This document shows positions 18,754-28,606 of a stretch of DNA of 64,000 bases, one piece after another. The stretch is from the NCBI GenBank assembly GCA_041666485.1, contig JBAYGW010000003.1:16415-80414 (forward strand), read 5' to 3'. A model generated the notes under the pieces. It was not told where the DNA came from. It saw nothing but the letters and a program-made list of their open reading frames with translations, and made no database searches. Every line of letters starts with the position of its first letter. Within the stretch, counting starts at the first letter, position 1. The position numbers and the translations under genes are program-made. This DNA is from Patescibacteria group bacterium (lineage in GTDB: Bacteria; Patescibacteriota; Patescibacteriia; UM-FILTER-42-10).

Positions 18754-18771
18754 ATGATATTCAGCTAATAA

Positions 18772-19236
18772 TTATTGTCCGATGTATGAACTTTGGACTC
18801 TAAAAGTGCTCGTGCTGGTTGCTCCGGCCGATTCAAAATATTCACCCGACTTATTCACAAGTTTAATTCTTAGAATATAGTTACCCTCATCAACAGTCCT
18901 GACCATCTGGCTGCCGCCTTTACTCAGAACGTTGTACGAACCGGGCACGATTATTATCGTTTCACCATTTTTTATCAATTCCAGGTCAATTCTCTGCACC
19001 GCCTGTGTTTCTCCGGACAGCACATATTGAGCAACCAACGGACCGGGATTCATTACGGCATTATTTGCCGGGGATAATATTTGTACTGATGGCTCCTCGT
19101 CAATTGTAATTTCTGCCTCAACATTTGAGTTACTATTATTTTCTTCCCTAAAATAATTATTTTGCGCAAGCCATGTCCAAATCAAAATTACTGCAGATAA
19201 TAAGGCAATTACAATTACTAATTTTTTGTTGTTCAT
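18772..19236 (-). CDS. hypothetical secreted/anchored protein
   Basis: 154-aa ORF with an N-terminal signal-anchor. No recognised motif. Confidence 0.55.
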   Translation of the reverse strand: MNNKKLVIVIALLSAVILIWTWLAQNNYFREENNSNSNVEAEITIDEEPSVQILSPANNAVMNPGPLVAQYVLSGETQAVQRIDLELIKNGETIIIVPGSYNVLSKGGSQMVRTVDEGNYILRIKLVNKSGEYFESAGATSTSTFRVQSSYIGQ

Positions 19237-19586
19237 TATGACAGTCCTAATTCATCTTTAGCACTTTCCTTTACCATATCCGGTGTCCAGGGCGGATCCC
19301 AGACTAGGTACACCTTTGCACTTTTTATGCCCGGGAGCTTTTCTAGAACTTCCTGCGCCTGTCTGGTAATCGGACCTGCAAGCGGGCACCCCGGGAAAGT
19401 CAGTGTCATTTTTAGGGTCACAGCATTATTGCGTACCGATAAGCTATATATCAGACCGAGATCAACAATATTGATTCCTAATTCCGGATCCATTACTTCC
19501 CTTAATGCATTCTCAGCTGATTTCTTTGTAATTTTGTCCTGAAGCTTTATTTGTGGCTTTTTTTTATTCATAACGCAGAGCGTCAA
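19236..19586 (-). CDS. DUF59/MIP18-family Fe-S cluster assembly protein
   Basis: VMDPELGINIVDLGLIY and FPGCP motifs. Confidence 0.85.
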   Translation of the reverse strand: MTLCVMNKKKPQIKLQDKITKKSAENALREVMDPELGINIVDLGLIYSLSVRNNAVTLKMTLTFPGCPLAGPITRQAQEVLEKLPGIKSAKVYLVWDPPWTPDMVKESAKDELGLS

Positions 19587-20802
19587 TCGGATTTTTTCTT
19601 GCGGCTTTTGATGCCGGCATTATTCCAAATACTATTCCAACAATGACAGATACGCCAAATGCTAATGCTAGTGAAAAAACAGTTATTAGCGCCGGAATGC
19701 CGTAGTATTTGGTAATCAATTGAGTCACTACGTACGCCAGACCAACTCCTATGAATCCGCCCAGTAAACTCAAGACGCTTGATTCAATTAAGAATTGGAA
19801 TAAAATATTTGAGCCGGACGCTCCCAACGCTTTTCTGATTCCAATTTCTCTTGTTCTCTCTGTTACAGACACCAGCATGATGTTCATAATTCCAATTCCA
19901 CCAACAATTAATGATATTGCGGCTATTCCGACGATTGCATTTGTTAATATTCCAAAAAAATCATCAAAGAGATCCAGCATATCGTCAGTTGTTAATACAG
20001 AAAAATCTTTAATTCCCTTATGCCGCTCCAACATTAAACTGTTGACTGTTTCAACACCAGGAGCGACCGCTTCGGTTGAATTGAAATTAATCATTATTCT
20101 AAAAATATTCAGTGCCTCAAGGGTGTCCTCAGCTGTACTGATTGGAATTGTGTATGCTTCATGCAGGTTCGGCATTTGACTCGTCATCATGTTACTATCG
20201 TCACCTCCGCCGCTTAGGAATCCTACATCAGTTTCCACAACTCCGATTACCTCAAATTCCTCTTCTAACACTTTTACTTTCTGCCCGACTGCTGAACCTT
20301 CAAAGTCACGTTTCGCAGCATCACGGCCAACCAGAATTACTTTCGCCTTGTTTTCAATATCTTCGGCAGAAATATACCTTCCTTCAATGGCTTTGATATC
20401 TACTATTTTGTTCATCTGATCATTTGTTGCTAAAACCATCGGAAGATACGGATTGCCTACTGGAGGGGTCACAGCACTTGGCACAATCATGAGCGGCGCA
20501 ACTGCTTTCACATTTTCCACCTCGCTGATTGCATCCACATCCCCCATTGTTAATGCCGACATACTCATAAATGAAGCTGGATTCATTTCGCCATTAGTGA
20601 TATCTCCCGCAATCACAGCCGCTAAATTTCCGCCTAACGAATCAACTGCACCGGTAAATTCTTGTTTTACCCCGTCTCCAATACTGACTAATGTTATTAC
20701 GGAAAACACTCCAATAATTATGCCAAGCATAGTCAATACGGACCGCATACGATTTGCCCAGATTGCCGATAATGCAAAGCGGATACTTTCTAAAATGTTC
20801 AT
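19564..20802 (-). CDS. MacB/FtsX-type ABC transporter permease
   Basis: 412-aa ORF with a MacB periplasmic domain between TM1 and TM2, a C-terminal FtsX domain and a RKALGA motif. Confidence 0.9.
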   Translation of the reverse strand: MNILESIRFALSAIWANRMRSVLTMLGIIIGVFSVITLVSIGDGVKQEFTGAVDSLGGNLAAVIAGDITNGEMNPASFMSMSALTMGDVDAISEVENVKAVAPLMIVPSAVTPPVGNPYLPMVLATNDQMNKIVDIKAIEGRYISAEDIENKAKVILVGRDAAKRDFEGSAVGQKVKVLEEEFEVIGVVETDVGFLSGGGDDSNMMTSQMPNLHEAYTIPISTAEDTLEALNIFRIMINFNSTEAVAPGVETVNSLMLERHKGIKDFSVLTTDDMLDLFDDFFGILTNAIVGIAAISLIVGGIGIMNIMLVSVTERTREIGIRKALGASGSNILFQFLIESSVLSLLGGFIGVGLAYVVTQLITKYYGIPALITVFSLALAFGVSVIVGIVFGIMPASKAARKNPIDALRYE

Positions 20803-21485
20803 ACATTTGCTCCTTCCAATTCGCCGTCCACGATTCTTATTGTTTTATTCGCCCACTTCGCTATCTCAGGATCGTGAGTCACTATTAATAATGTCGTCCC
20901 CCTCTGATTGGCCGCTTTCAGCAGTTCCATAATTTCCCTTCCTGTTTTAGTGTCTAAATTACCAGTCGGCTCGTCTGCTAAAATTATTTCCGGTTGATTG
21001 ACTAATGCTCTGGCAATTGCCGCCCTTTGCGCTTCTCCGCCGGAAAGCTCATTCGGTTTATGGTGCATCCGCTCGGTAATTCCAACTGATTTTATGGCAT
21101 CCAATACTTTTTGCTTCCTTTCGGCTCTTGGCTCCTTAGCATAAATCAGTGGAAGCTCAACATTCTTATAAACGGAATACCTCGGCAATAGGTTATAGCT
21201 CTGGAAAATGAATCCGATTTTTTTGCCGCGCATTTTTGGAAATTCTCGTTTGGCAATTTCTAAAATATTTTGTCCGTCCAGTTCATACAAACCGTCCGTC
21301 GGCCAGTCCAACAGGCCGATAATGTTCATCAGAGACGATTTACCAGATCCCGATGGACCCATAAATGCAACAAAATCCCCCTTTTCTATTTCAAGGGAAA
21401 CATGTTTAATTACCGGAAGAAGCCTCTTTTTGCCTATCTGATACGACTTGTCAATTTTATCTAATTTAATTACTGATTTTGGCAT
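20799..21485 (-). CDS. ABC transporter ATP-binding protein (MacB/LolD-like)
   Basis: Walker A GPSGSGKS, signature LSGGEAQR and Walker B ILADEPTG. Confidence 0.95.
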   Translation of the reverse strand: MPKSVIKLDKIDKSYQIGKKRLLPVIKHVSLEIEKGDFVAFMGPSGSGKSSLMNIIGLLDWPTDGLYELDGQNILEIAKREFPKMRGKKIGFIFQSYNLLPRYSVYKNVELPLIYAKEPRAERKQKVLDAIKSVGITERMHHKPNELSGGEAQRAAIARALVNQPEIILADEPTGNLDTKTGREIMELLKAANQRGTTLLIVTHDPEIAKWANKTIRIVDGELEGANV

Positions 21486-21761
21486 TTATTTATTTCTTTT
21501 AGCTATCAAAAAAATAAAACTAATAAACAAAGTTACGAGTGTAATCAATTCGGCGAACATTATTGACACAGAACTGGTCTGCACAAAGAATATTCTTGAA
21601 ATGTAGTATATTGCGCCAAAAACAATCAGATTCAGAATAACCAAAAATGCAAACTTCATAACTAGTGACATATGCCCTGCCGGAAGCATTCTTTCCGGAT
21701 TACTCTCCTGTTTGTTCAATAACGGGGTTGGCTTATTTTTTTCGTTATTTTTTTCAGCCAT
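21486..21761 (-). CDS. hypothetical small membrane protein
   Basis: 91-aa ORF with two TM helices, abutting the ABC ATPase gene. Confidence 0.45.
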   Translation of the reverse strand: MAEKNNEKNKPTPLLNKQESNPERMLPAGHMSLVMKFAFLVILNLIVFGAIYYISRIFFVQTSSVSIMFAELITLVTLFISFIFLIAKRNK

Positions 21762-21797
21762 TGAATTATTATTAATGTTTAGCCTTAATATTATAGC

Positions 21798-22718
21798 CTA
21801 TTTGTTCAGCAATTTCAATAATCTCTCACCCACGGAATATGGAACAGTTCTATTTTTTGAAATATACCCCAGAGGCAGTCCCGGTATGCTCTTATTATGG
21901 AAATCGCTGCCGCCTGTAATCTGCAGATTATTGCGTTCCGCAAATTTCAGCAGATTTTTAATATCTTTTACATAATGATCGGAAGCATATGCTTCTATAC
22001 CGTCTAATCCCATTTTTTTTAATGCTAGAAGATTTTTTGACCAAGTTCCTTTTACCGGCCACAGAGATAAATCCGGGGAATATCTTCTGCCTAACGGATG
22101 GGAAATAAACGCATATCCTCCCGCGTCATGAATAAGTTTGATCGCCTGTCCGGCGGAGAGATTCTTTTTTTCCGCATACGCGGCCGCGCTTTTAACCAAA
22201 TATTTTGCAATAAATTGTGAACGGTCAGGTATAAATCCGAAATTTTTGATTAATATTTTATTATTCCTTTTATCAAATATTACTTGATCGGCAAGATGCG
22301 GACGACCGATAATTTTTTCCGCTCTGTTTCTCACTCCGATGTAGCTGACCGCGTAGCCCAGACGGTTCAGGTTTATAATCATCTTTTTAATGCGGGTCAC
22401 TCGGCTATTAATATAAAACTGGCTTGCTCTCTTCATTGCGATGTGGTGATAATCAAATCCGTATCCCAACAAATGTAATTCTTCCCCTTTGAATGTGACT
22501 GTTATTTCAATTCCGGAAATAAATGGAAATCCGTATTGCTTAGCCTTTTTTTCAACATCATGCATGCCGATTGCAGAATCATGATCACAGACCACTAAAA
22601 TTTTTACTCCAGATTTTTTTGCCATACGGAAAAGCTCTGATGGCGTCAATGATCCGTCAGAGTGGATAGAATGCACCTGTAGATCCACTAGTTTCTGTTT
22701 CCTTTTCATTATAATCAT
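21798..22718 (-). CDS. PHP domain-containing phosphoesterase
   Basis: DLQVHSIHSDGS N-terminal metal-binding motif of the PHP (TrpH/YciV-like) family. Confidence 0.8.
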   Translation of the reverse strand: MIIMKRKQKLVDLQVHSIHSDGSLTPSELFRMAKKSGVKILVVCDHDSAIGMHDVEKKAKQYGFPFISGIEITVTFKGEELHLLGYGFDYHHIAMKRASQFYINSRVTRIKKMIINLNRLGYAVSYIGVRNRAEKIIGRPHLADQVIFDKRNNKILIKNFGFIPDRSQFIAKYLVKSAAAYAEKKNLSAGQAIKLIHDAGGYAFISHPLGRRYSPDLSLWPVKGTWSKNLLALKKMGLDGIEAYASDHYVKDIKNLLKFAERNNLQITGGSDFHNKSIPGLPLGYISKNRTVPYSVGERLLKLLNK

Positions 22719-22841
22719 TATATCCCATTTTACAGAATAAATCCCGTTAAAAGCTTATGTGTGGTATTAAACTCCGCGTTCTCTATACCTTTGTGTATTC
22801 AGCCCGCAGCGAGATGCGAAGTATCCTGCTTCTAATGGAAT

Positions 22842-22878
22842 AAAAAACCTGCCCAACACGTGAGTTGTGTTTAGACAG
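22842..22878 (-). terminator. intrinsic terminator of the purH cassette
   Basis: Imperfect CCTGTCTAAACAC...GTGTTGGGCAGG hairpin followed by TTTTTTA on the minus strand. Confidence 0.55.
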
Positions 22879-22907
22879 GGTCCTTTTGAAAAATGTGCAA
22901 ACGCCCT

Positions 22908-24497
22908 CTAGTGCCAGAACATCCGGCGATCGGTAAAGAGCATCGCGATGCCCAGTTTGTCCGCGGACCTGATTGAATCCTGGTCGCGAATTGAACCGCC
23001 CTGCTGGACGATCGTCTTGACGCCGAACGTGTCCGCCAGGCGCACGCAGTCGTCAAACGGGAAGAAGCTGTCGGACACCAGCACAGCATGGTGCAGATCC
23101 ATATTCTGCGCCTCCATGTTGTTCATGGCCTGCTCCAGAGCAAGCCGTGCCGACTTGATCCGGCTGGTCTGGCCGTTGCCGATGCCGATCGTCTGCCCGT
23201 TCCAGACCACGATGACCGAGTTGGACTTGACGTGCTTTGACACATTGCAGCCGAAACTGATATCCGACCAGTAGCGGTCCTTGACACCGAGCTTGGTGAC
23301 GCACCGGAACGACCTGCAGTCAAACAGCTCGGTGTCCATCAGCTGGACCACCATGCCGCCGGTCACCGGCTTGAAGTTCAGCGTGCCGAACGGCATGCTG
23401 CAGGAAAGCTCCCCACCCAGTTTGAACAGCGGGGTCTCTGCCCTGGCGCGCTTCTTGGTGATGTGTTCCATCGCCTCCGGCGAAAAATCCAGCGCGACGA
23501 TCGCGTCCACCTTCTGCACGCAGATGGTTTCAGCGACTTCCTCCGTCACCTGGAAGTTGAGTACCACCACCCCGCCGAAAGCCGATTCCGGATCGCACGC
23601 CAGTGCGTTCTGGAAAGCCTTCAGCGGACTGAAGCTGTCCATCGCCACTCCGCACGGCGTACCATGCTTGATGATCGCGACTGCGAATTCCGGGGACAGG
23701 TCGCGGACCGTCTCAATGCCGGCATTGATATCCAGCACAGTGGTGGCCGAGAGCGGCTTGCCCCAGATCTGCTTGGCGTTTGCCGCGGTGTAGCAGTTCA
23801 GACCCGGCAGTTCGTAGAACGCACCCGGCTGATGCGGATTCTCACCGTAGCGCAGATCACACTTCTTCTGCAGACGCTGAACCATCCGATCCGGGAAGCT
23901 GGGGAACTCAAGGCGTTCAGCCAGCCAGTCGGAGATCGTGGCGTCATACCACGCAGTGTGAAGAAACGCCTTGTAAGCCAGTTGCAGACGTTCCAGCGCG
24001 TTGAACCCGACATCTTCCGAAAGACACCGAATCACAAAGCCGTACTGCTCTGGTGAAGTGACCACCAGCACATGGCTGTGATTCTTCGCGGCCGCGCGGA
24101 TCAGTGCCACGCCGCCGATATCAATCTGCTCAATCGCGTCCCGAAATGCCACGGTCCGATCAGCCACCGTCTCTTCAAACGGATACAGGTTGACCACGAC
24201 CATGTCAAACGGGTAGATGCTGTGATCAAACAGCTCCTGCATGTGCGCGTCGCTGTCCTGATCCGCCAGGATCCCGCCGTGGATCTTCGGATGCAGAGTC
24301 TTCACCCTGCCACCCAGAATTTCCGGGAAACCGGTCACCTCCTCTACCGTTCGCACGGGAATTCCGGCTTCCACCAGGTGTCTGGACGTTCCGCCGGAAG
24401 ATACAATCTCCCAGCCATGTTCAAACAGCACGGTGGCAAGCTCAACAATGCCGCGCTTGTCGGACACGCTGATCAGAGCGCGCTGATTTGCTCGCAT
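22908..24497 (-). CDS. purH: bifunctional AICAR transformylase / IMP cyclohydrolase
   Basis: ALISVSDK, GGRVKTLHPKIHGGIL, GENPHQ and QQGGSIRD motifs. Start set at MRANQ, preceded by AAAGGAGC. Strongly G+C-rich relative to its flanks. Confidence 0.93.
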   Translation of the reverse strand: MRANQRALISVSDKRGIVELATVLFEHGWEIVSSGGTSRHLVEAGIPVRTVEEVTGFPEILGGRVKTLHPKIHGGILADQDSDAHMQELFDHSIYPFDMVVVNLYPFEETVADRTVAFRDAIEQIDIGGVALIRAAAKNHSHVLVVTSPEQYGFVIRCLSEDVGFNALERLQLAYKAFLHTAWYDATISDWLAERLEFPSFPDRMVQRLQKKCDLRYGENPHQPGAFYELPGLNCYTAANAKQIWGKPLSATTVLDINAGIETVRDLSPEFAVAIIKHGTPCGVAMDSFSPLKAFQNALACDPESAFGGVVVLNFQVTEEVAETICVQKVDAIVALDFSPEAMEHITKKRARAETPLFKLGGELSCSMPFGTLNFKPVTGGMVVQLMDTELFDCRSFRCVTKLGVKDRYWSDISFGCNVSKHVKSNSVIVVWNGQTIGIGNGQTSRIKSARLALEQAMNNMEAQNMDLHHAVLVSDSFFPFDDCVRLADTFGVKTIVQQGGSIRDQDSIRSADKLGIAMLFTDRRMFWH

Positions 24498-24563
24498 TTC
24501 TGCTCCTTTCGTGGCAAACCGTGAAGCTTTCACCGCAAACAACCGTTTGGGAAACGGTTTTTT

Positions 24564-24592
24564 AACTTATCACTCCGACTGACGCAAGTCAA
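24564..24592 (-). promoter_or_regulatory. sigma70-like promoter of the purH cassette
   Basis: TTGACT, a 17-nt spacer, then TAAGTT on the minus strand, about 70 nt upstream of the purH ATG. Confidence 0.45.
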
Positions 24593-24641
24593 ATCAAAAA
24601 CGGGTGACTTTCACCCGCATTTAATTATGAATGAATATGTC

Positions 24642-25145
24642 CTATTTTGACCGAATCCATTTATCTAGACTGAACCGATTTTTATGGCTTAAAGTGACCA
24701 GGCCAGCCATAACCATAAACAGCAAATCTCTGACATATGTGCTCCAATCCAGAGCGCTTTCGGAATTGAAACACCCGCAGGCAATCAATCCGCCACGGTA
24801 CAGGGTAATTAGGATGGCGATCATAAAACTAAAAAGCATCAGATTAATAATCGTCACGCTGAATCTCGTAAACAATCCTATAACAACCGCAAACCCGAAT
24901 ATCAGTTCAACCCAGGGCAACGCGTAGCCATACCATGTTTCCAGCGGATCGGGCAGAACATTATACTGCCGGACGGTTGCCATGAATTCATCCGGCGCCG
25001 GAATTTTTGACATAGCCGCCATTATAAATACCACGCCCAGTAATATCCGTAGGATCATAGTTGCATAATCATTCACAAATATTTTATTCATTCCAGCTAC
25101 CACTTTTTGATACATTGACTTTTTTTGTAAGTTTGTTTCTTCCAT
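24642..25145 (-). CDS. DoxX/MauE family membrane protein
   Basis: 167-aa, 4-TM ORF with a conserved CGCF near the C-terminus. Confidence 0.7.
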   Translation of the reverse strand: MEETNLQKKSMYQKVVAGMNKIFVNDYATMILRILLGVVFIMAAMSKIPAPDEFMATVRQYNVLPDPLETWYGYALPWVELIFGFAVVIGLFTRFSVTIINLMLFSFMIAILITLYRGGLIACGCFNSESALDWSTYVRDLLFMVMAGLVTLSHKNRFSLDKWIRSK

Positions 25146-25171
25146 TAATCCTGCTTTCTAGTGATGAATAC

Positions 25172-25936
25172 TTAATTAATTTTATTGAGCCATTTGATTA
25201 TGCCATTCGCCATTTGTTTTGAATCTCTATCCTGATGAAGCGTGTGCCCGGCATTTTTAATCACTATCCTATTCTTTATTTTAGTATTTAAATCATAATA
25301 AAATTTTCTATTCAATTTCAAAATCCGCGGATCCTCAGCTGAACCGTATATTTGTAATACTGGGCAGTTTATTTTCCTAACATGCATTGGCATATTATAT
25401 TTTTTTGATTCATTATAAACTGCAACCCCTATTTTAACCTGCTTTTTTTGAATTCTGGAGTATTCAAAAGCCCAACCTTGTTTTAATAGCAAAGCAAAAT
25501 TATCTCTCATTTCAAAAACAGCCAGCAAATCGTATGTTGGACTTTGCAGGATCAACCTACTAATGCGCCGATCACGACTTGCAATAATTACTGCGGCTGT
25601 ACCGCCGATTGAATAACCGATAAGAATATATTGCTTTCTTTTTAAATGCTTTAAAACATATGAAACTACCAGCTTAATATCCTGAACGTATCCTCCAACA
25701 GTAAAATCAACCAGCTTTCCTTCGCTTTTTCCTGTACTGTTCGTCGCATCCAAACGAACTGTAGAATACCCTTCTTCTCTTAACTTGCGCGCTACTTTAA
25801 CAACCTGCGGAGTTCCGCCGAATGACCGAAAACCGTGGCAAAGGATTACTAATGGTCCGGGAGACTTACCTCTCCATTCCAAAACGGCATAAATTGTTTT
25901 GCCTTTTTCATTCTTAATTCTGATTTCTTCTTTCAC
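25172..25936 (-). CDS. alpha/beta hydrolase
   Basis: HGF oxyanion motif and GYSIGG nucleophile elbow. Confidence 0.8.
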   Translation of the reverse strand: MKEEIRIKNEKGKTIYAVLEWRGKSPGPLVILCHGFRSFGGTPQVVKVARKLREEGYSTVRLDATNSTGKSEGKLVDFTVGGYVQDIKLVVSYVLKHLKRKQYILIGYSIGGTAAVIIASRDRRISRLILQSPTYDLLAVFEMRDNFALLLKQGWAFEYSRIQKKQVKIGVAVYNESKKYNMPMHVRKINCPVLQIYGSAEDPRILKLNRKFYYDLNTKIKNRIVIKNAGHTLHQDRDSKQMANGIIKWLNKIN

Positions 25937-25937
25937 A

Positions 25938-26408
25938 CTATGTCCTGTCCAAAATAATTTTTATATCCTCTGATGCCTTCGGTAAAAAACGCGATTGGAG
26001 ATAATGGCAAGTGATTTCCTCATCCAGATCCTGGTTGATGGCACGATTACCCAGACGATGTACGCCGTCCACCACCAAATATATTTCTTTCTCCGGATAA
26101 TATAGAACCAATATATCCCCCGCCGGCACGTCATCGTAATCATAAAAACTTTTGAAGTGGTCTTCATTAACCTTGGTCTGTGCCAGTGCATAAACATCCT
26201 TCAGCCTGACCGGTAAGTACTCATCATCTTTGCCCGCCTCTTCAAAAGCGTTAGTAATAATTCCGCACTTCTGGTATCGTGGCAAATAGTACTCCATAAT
26301 GTCGGATACTTTCTTTTTTTCTGAAAATTCCCGCTTGCCGAAAAACAACCAGGTCTTTTTTATCCGTACACGGATGTCTTTGCTGTATTTTTCCAGAAAG
26401 TCTGACAT
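25938..26408 (-). CDS. hypothetical protein with a ParB/Srx-like DGxHR motif
   Basis: 156-aa ORF. VVDGVHRLGNRA resembles the ParB-N/sulfiredoxin fold signature. Weak call. Confidence 0.35.
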   Translation of the reverse strand: MSDFLEKYSKDIRVRIKKTWLFFGKREFSEKKKVSDIMEYYLPRYQKCGIITNAFEEAGKDDEYLPVRLKDVYALAQTKVNEDHFKSFYDYDDVPAGDILVLYYPEKEIYLVVDGVHRLGNRAINQDLDEEITCHYLQSRFLPKASEDIKIILDRT

Positions 26409-26537
26409 GCAATAAGTATAGCAATTCCCCGGGTAAAAACAATTCTGGCTTAGATTTTAAAGACCATCTTTGTGTGTTATGCTAGAGGGGTGTAAGGGTG
26501 TAATAGCATTAATTTAAGTAAATCAGAGCAAAAAACC

Positions 26538-27527
26538 ATGAATCTGGATAAGATCTATACAATACTGGCAGACCAGCCGAAATACCGGATAGAACAGGCT
26601 AACGAAGCCATTTTTAAACTACTCATAAACAATTGGGATGGGGCGACAAACTTCCCGAAGGAAATCAGAGAAAAACTGAACCGAGAGTGCCCGCTGGAAA
26701 TAAAAGGTGAACTTTTTGCCTCCAAAGACAATAAAACCAGCAAAGCGCTGATTACACTGGAAGACGGCCAGCAGATTGAAACTGTTCTACTGATTCACAA
26801 AGACGGTCGGCATACAGTATGTGTTTCCACTCAAGCCGGTTGTCCGATGGGGTGCACTTTCTGTGCCACCGGAAAGCTAGGACTCAAAAGAAATCTGAAG
26901 GCGGAAGAAATATTGGCACAGGTACTTTTTTTCTCCAGGATTTTGAAACCGAAGAATGAACGCGTGTCCAACGTAGTTTTCATGGGTATGGGCGAACCGT
27001 TCCTGAATTATGACAATACACTTTCGGCAATCAACTATTTGAATAAAGACTTAGGTATCGGTGCCCGCCGTATCTCCATATCCACCTGCGGAGTAATCCC
27101 GGGGATAGAAAAATTAGCAAAAGAAAAATTACAGCTAAACCTTGCCGTATCGTTGCACGCGCCCAATCAGGAACTGCGTAATAAACTGATGCCGGTCAGC
27201 AAGCATGTTGCTTTAGAAAAACTGCTTTCAGCCGTGGACGACTATATTGCCAAAACCGGCAGACGGGTTATGTTTGAATATTTGATGATCAAGGGTGTAA
27301 ATGATAAAATTGAGTACGCAAAGCAACTGGCCGTGCTGATGGATAAACCTCTTCACATGGTAAACCTGATCGCCTACAACCCTACGGACGTTTTCAAACC
27401 TTCGGACCGGAAAACAATAGAAGCATTCAAAGAAGTTTTGGAAAAAGCGGGTGTTACCGTTACCCAGCGCTACAGTTTCGGTCAGGATATCAACGCTGCC
27501 TGTGGACAGTTGGCTAATAAAAAGTAA
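26538..27527 (+). CDS. rlmN: 23S rRNA/tRNA (adenine-C2)-methyltransferase, radical SAM
   Basis: CPMGCTFCATG radical-SAM cluster and GMGEPFLNY motifs. Confidence 0.93.
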   Translation: MNLDKIYTILADQPKYRIEQANEAIFKLLINNWDGATNFPKEIREKLNRECPLEIKGELFASKDNKTSKALITLEDGQQIETVLLIHKDGRHTVCVSTQAGCPMGCTFCATGKLGLKRNLKAEEILAQVLFFSRILKPKNERVSNVVFMGMGEPFLNYDNTLSAINYLNKDLGIGARRISISTCGVIPGIEKLAKEKLQLNLAVSLHAPNQELRNKLMPVSKHVALEKLLSAVDDYIAKTGRRVMFEYLMIKGVNDKIEYAKQLAVLMDKPLHMVNLIAYNPTDVFKPSDRKTIEAFKEVLEKAGVTVTQRYSFGQDINAACGQLANKK

Positions 27528-27645
27528 CTCAAGAGAATGATTAATATCTTGAATAAATATTTATTCACATGACTAATTCCATATTTTGTCTAAATTGGGT
27601 AAAATGTAACTATTGGAAAATATATATAATTAATTATCTAATAAA

Positions 27646-28602
27646 ATGATTAAAGAACCAACTCCAGGATTGGAGCAATCAAGAGAATTAATAGAAGAAC
27701 AAGGCCACAACACCAGTGTTCATTTTACATTTGTCCGTCATTCGCAGAAATCATCAGGTCAAGTTTTTGCAGAAGGTGGCAAGGGAATATCGCGATCAAG
27801 TATTTCCGAAGGAGGAAGACAGCGGGCAGAAGTTTATGGACGAGATCAAATGTCCAGTCGAAGAATAAATAAAGCTTATGCTACTAAAGTAGATAGAACA
27901 AAAGAAACATTAAATTATGCTTTTCAGGCAGCAGAAATAAATCCAGATATTCTACAAAAATCAGATAGCTCACAATCTTTCTTCTCACTGCCCGCTTTAT
28001 CGGGCAGTACAGAATTTAATAGACGTTATGATGCTATTATGCTTCCCGAAAGACAAAAATTTATTGACGGGCATTATCCGGGGAGGCAATTTAGTGAACT
28101 GACGCCAGATGAGCAAGAGGTAGCCGCAGAATACGCCGAGGAACCGGCCCTAGAATGGTATCTTTCATATAATAATGAACGACCCGATGAAGAAACACCA
28201 AGCCCGCGTGAACAGGCCGCCTCTGTTGCCTTCAAACTAAATCGACTCGTTAATTTAACGGATTTCATGCCAAATGGCAAAGAATTGGACCTTGTCAGTT
28301 CAGGACATAAAACATCTACTGAAGCATTGCTAAAATATATTATAGAACGACAAGAAAATGGCGAAGTAGTAGTGGGATTTGAAAGCTTGGAACAAATAGG
28401 TGGAAGTTTAAAGATTCTAGATAGCTGGGATTTATATGTTCAAAATGATGAAGGTGGAGAAAAGCATATCATGATGGTGTTGAGACGGGAAAATGGTGAA
28501 ACGCAGGAATATGGACTAAACAGTTCTATTCTAAATGAATTGGCAAAAGAATACATTGAGGCCAGCAGTTTGAAGCCTAAGAAAATAGACTCATTACAAT
28601 AA
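27646..28602 (+). CDS. histidine phosphatase (PGAM-like) superfamily protein, divergent
   Basis: FVRHSQK (RHG-type motif), a downstream VDRTKETL and a SSGHKTS second-His region, with a long insert. Confidence 0.5.
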   Translation: MIKEPTPGLEQSRELIEEQGHNTSVHFTFVRHSQKSSGQVFAEGGKGISRSSISEGGRQRAEVYGRDQMSSRRINKAYATKVDRTKETLNYAFQAAEINPDILQKSDSSQSFFSLPALSGSTEFNRRYDAIMLPERQKFIDGHYPGRQFSELTPDEQEVAAEYAEEPALEWYLSYNNERPDEETPSPREQAASVAFKLNRLVNLTDFMPNGKELDLVSSGHKTSTEALLKYIIERQENGEVVVGFESLEQIGGSLKILDSWDLYVQNDEGGEKHIMMVLRRENGETQEYGLNSSILNELAKEYIEASSLKPKKIDSLQ

Positions 28603-28606
28603 AGCT

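Noticed and set aside
22871-24524. Nine extra track ORFs overlapping purH, and likewise the 364-aa antisense ORF at 55868-56962 over the aminopeptidase gene
   Set aside because: The purH and M29 frames carry clear family motifs. The others are compositional artefacts of high GC content.
24498-24640. ZTP (pfl) riboswitch upstream of purH, its classic target
   Set aside because: The leader contains only two simple hairpins. I could not find the conserved pfl core, the 3' CCGCCTGGGC-type pseudoknot strand or the sub-domain organisation.
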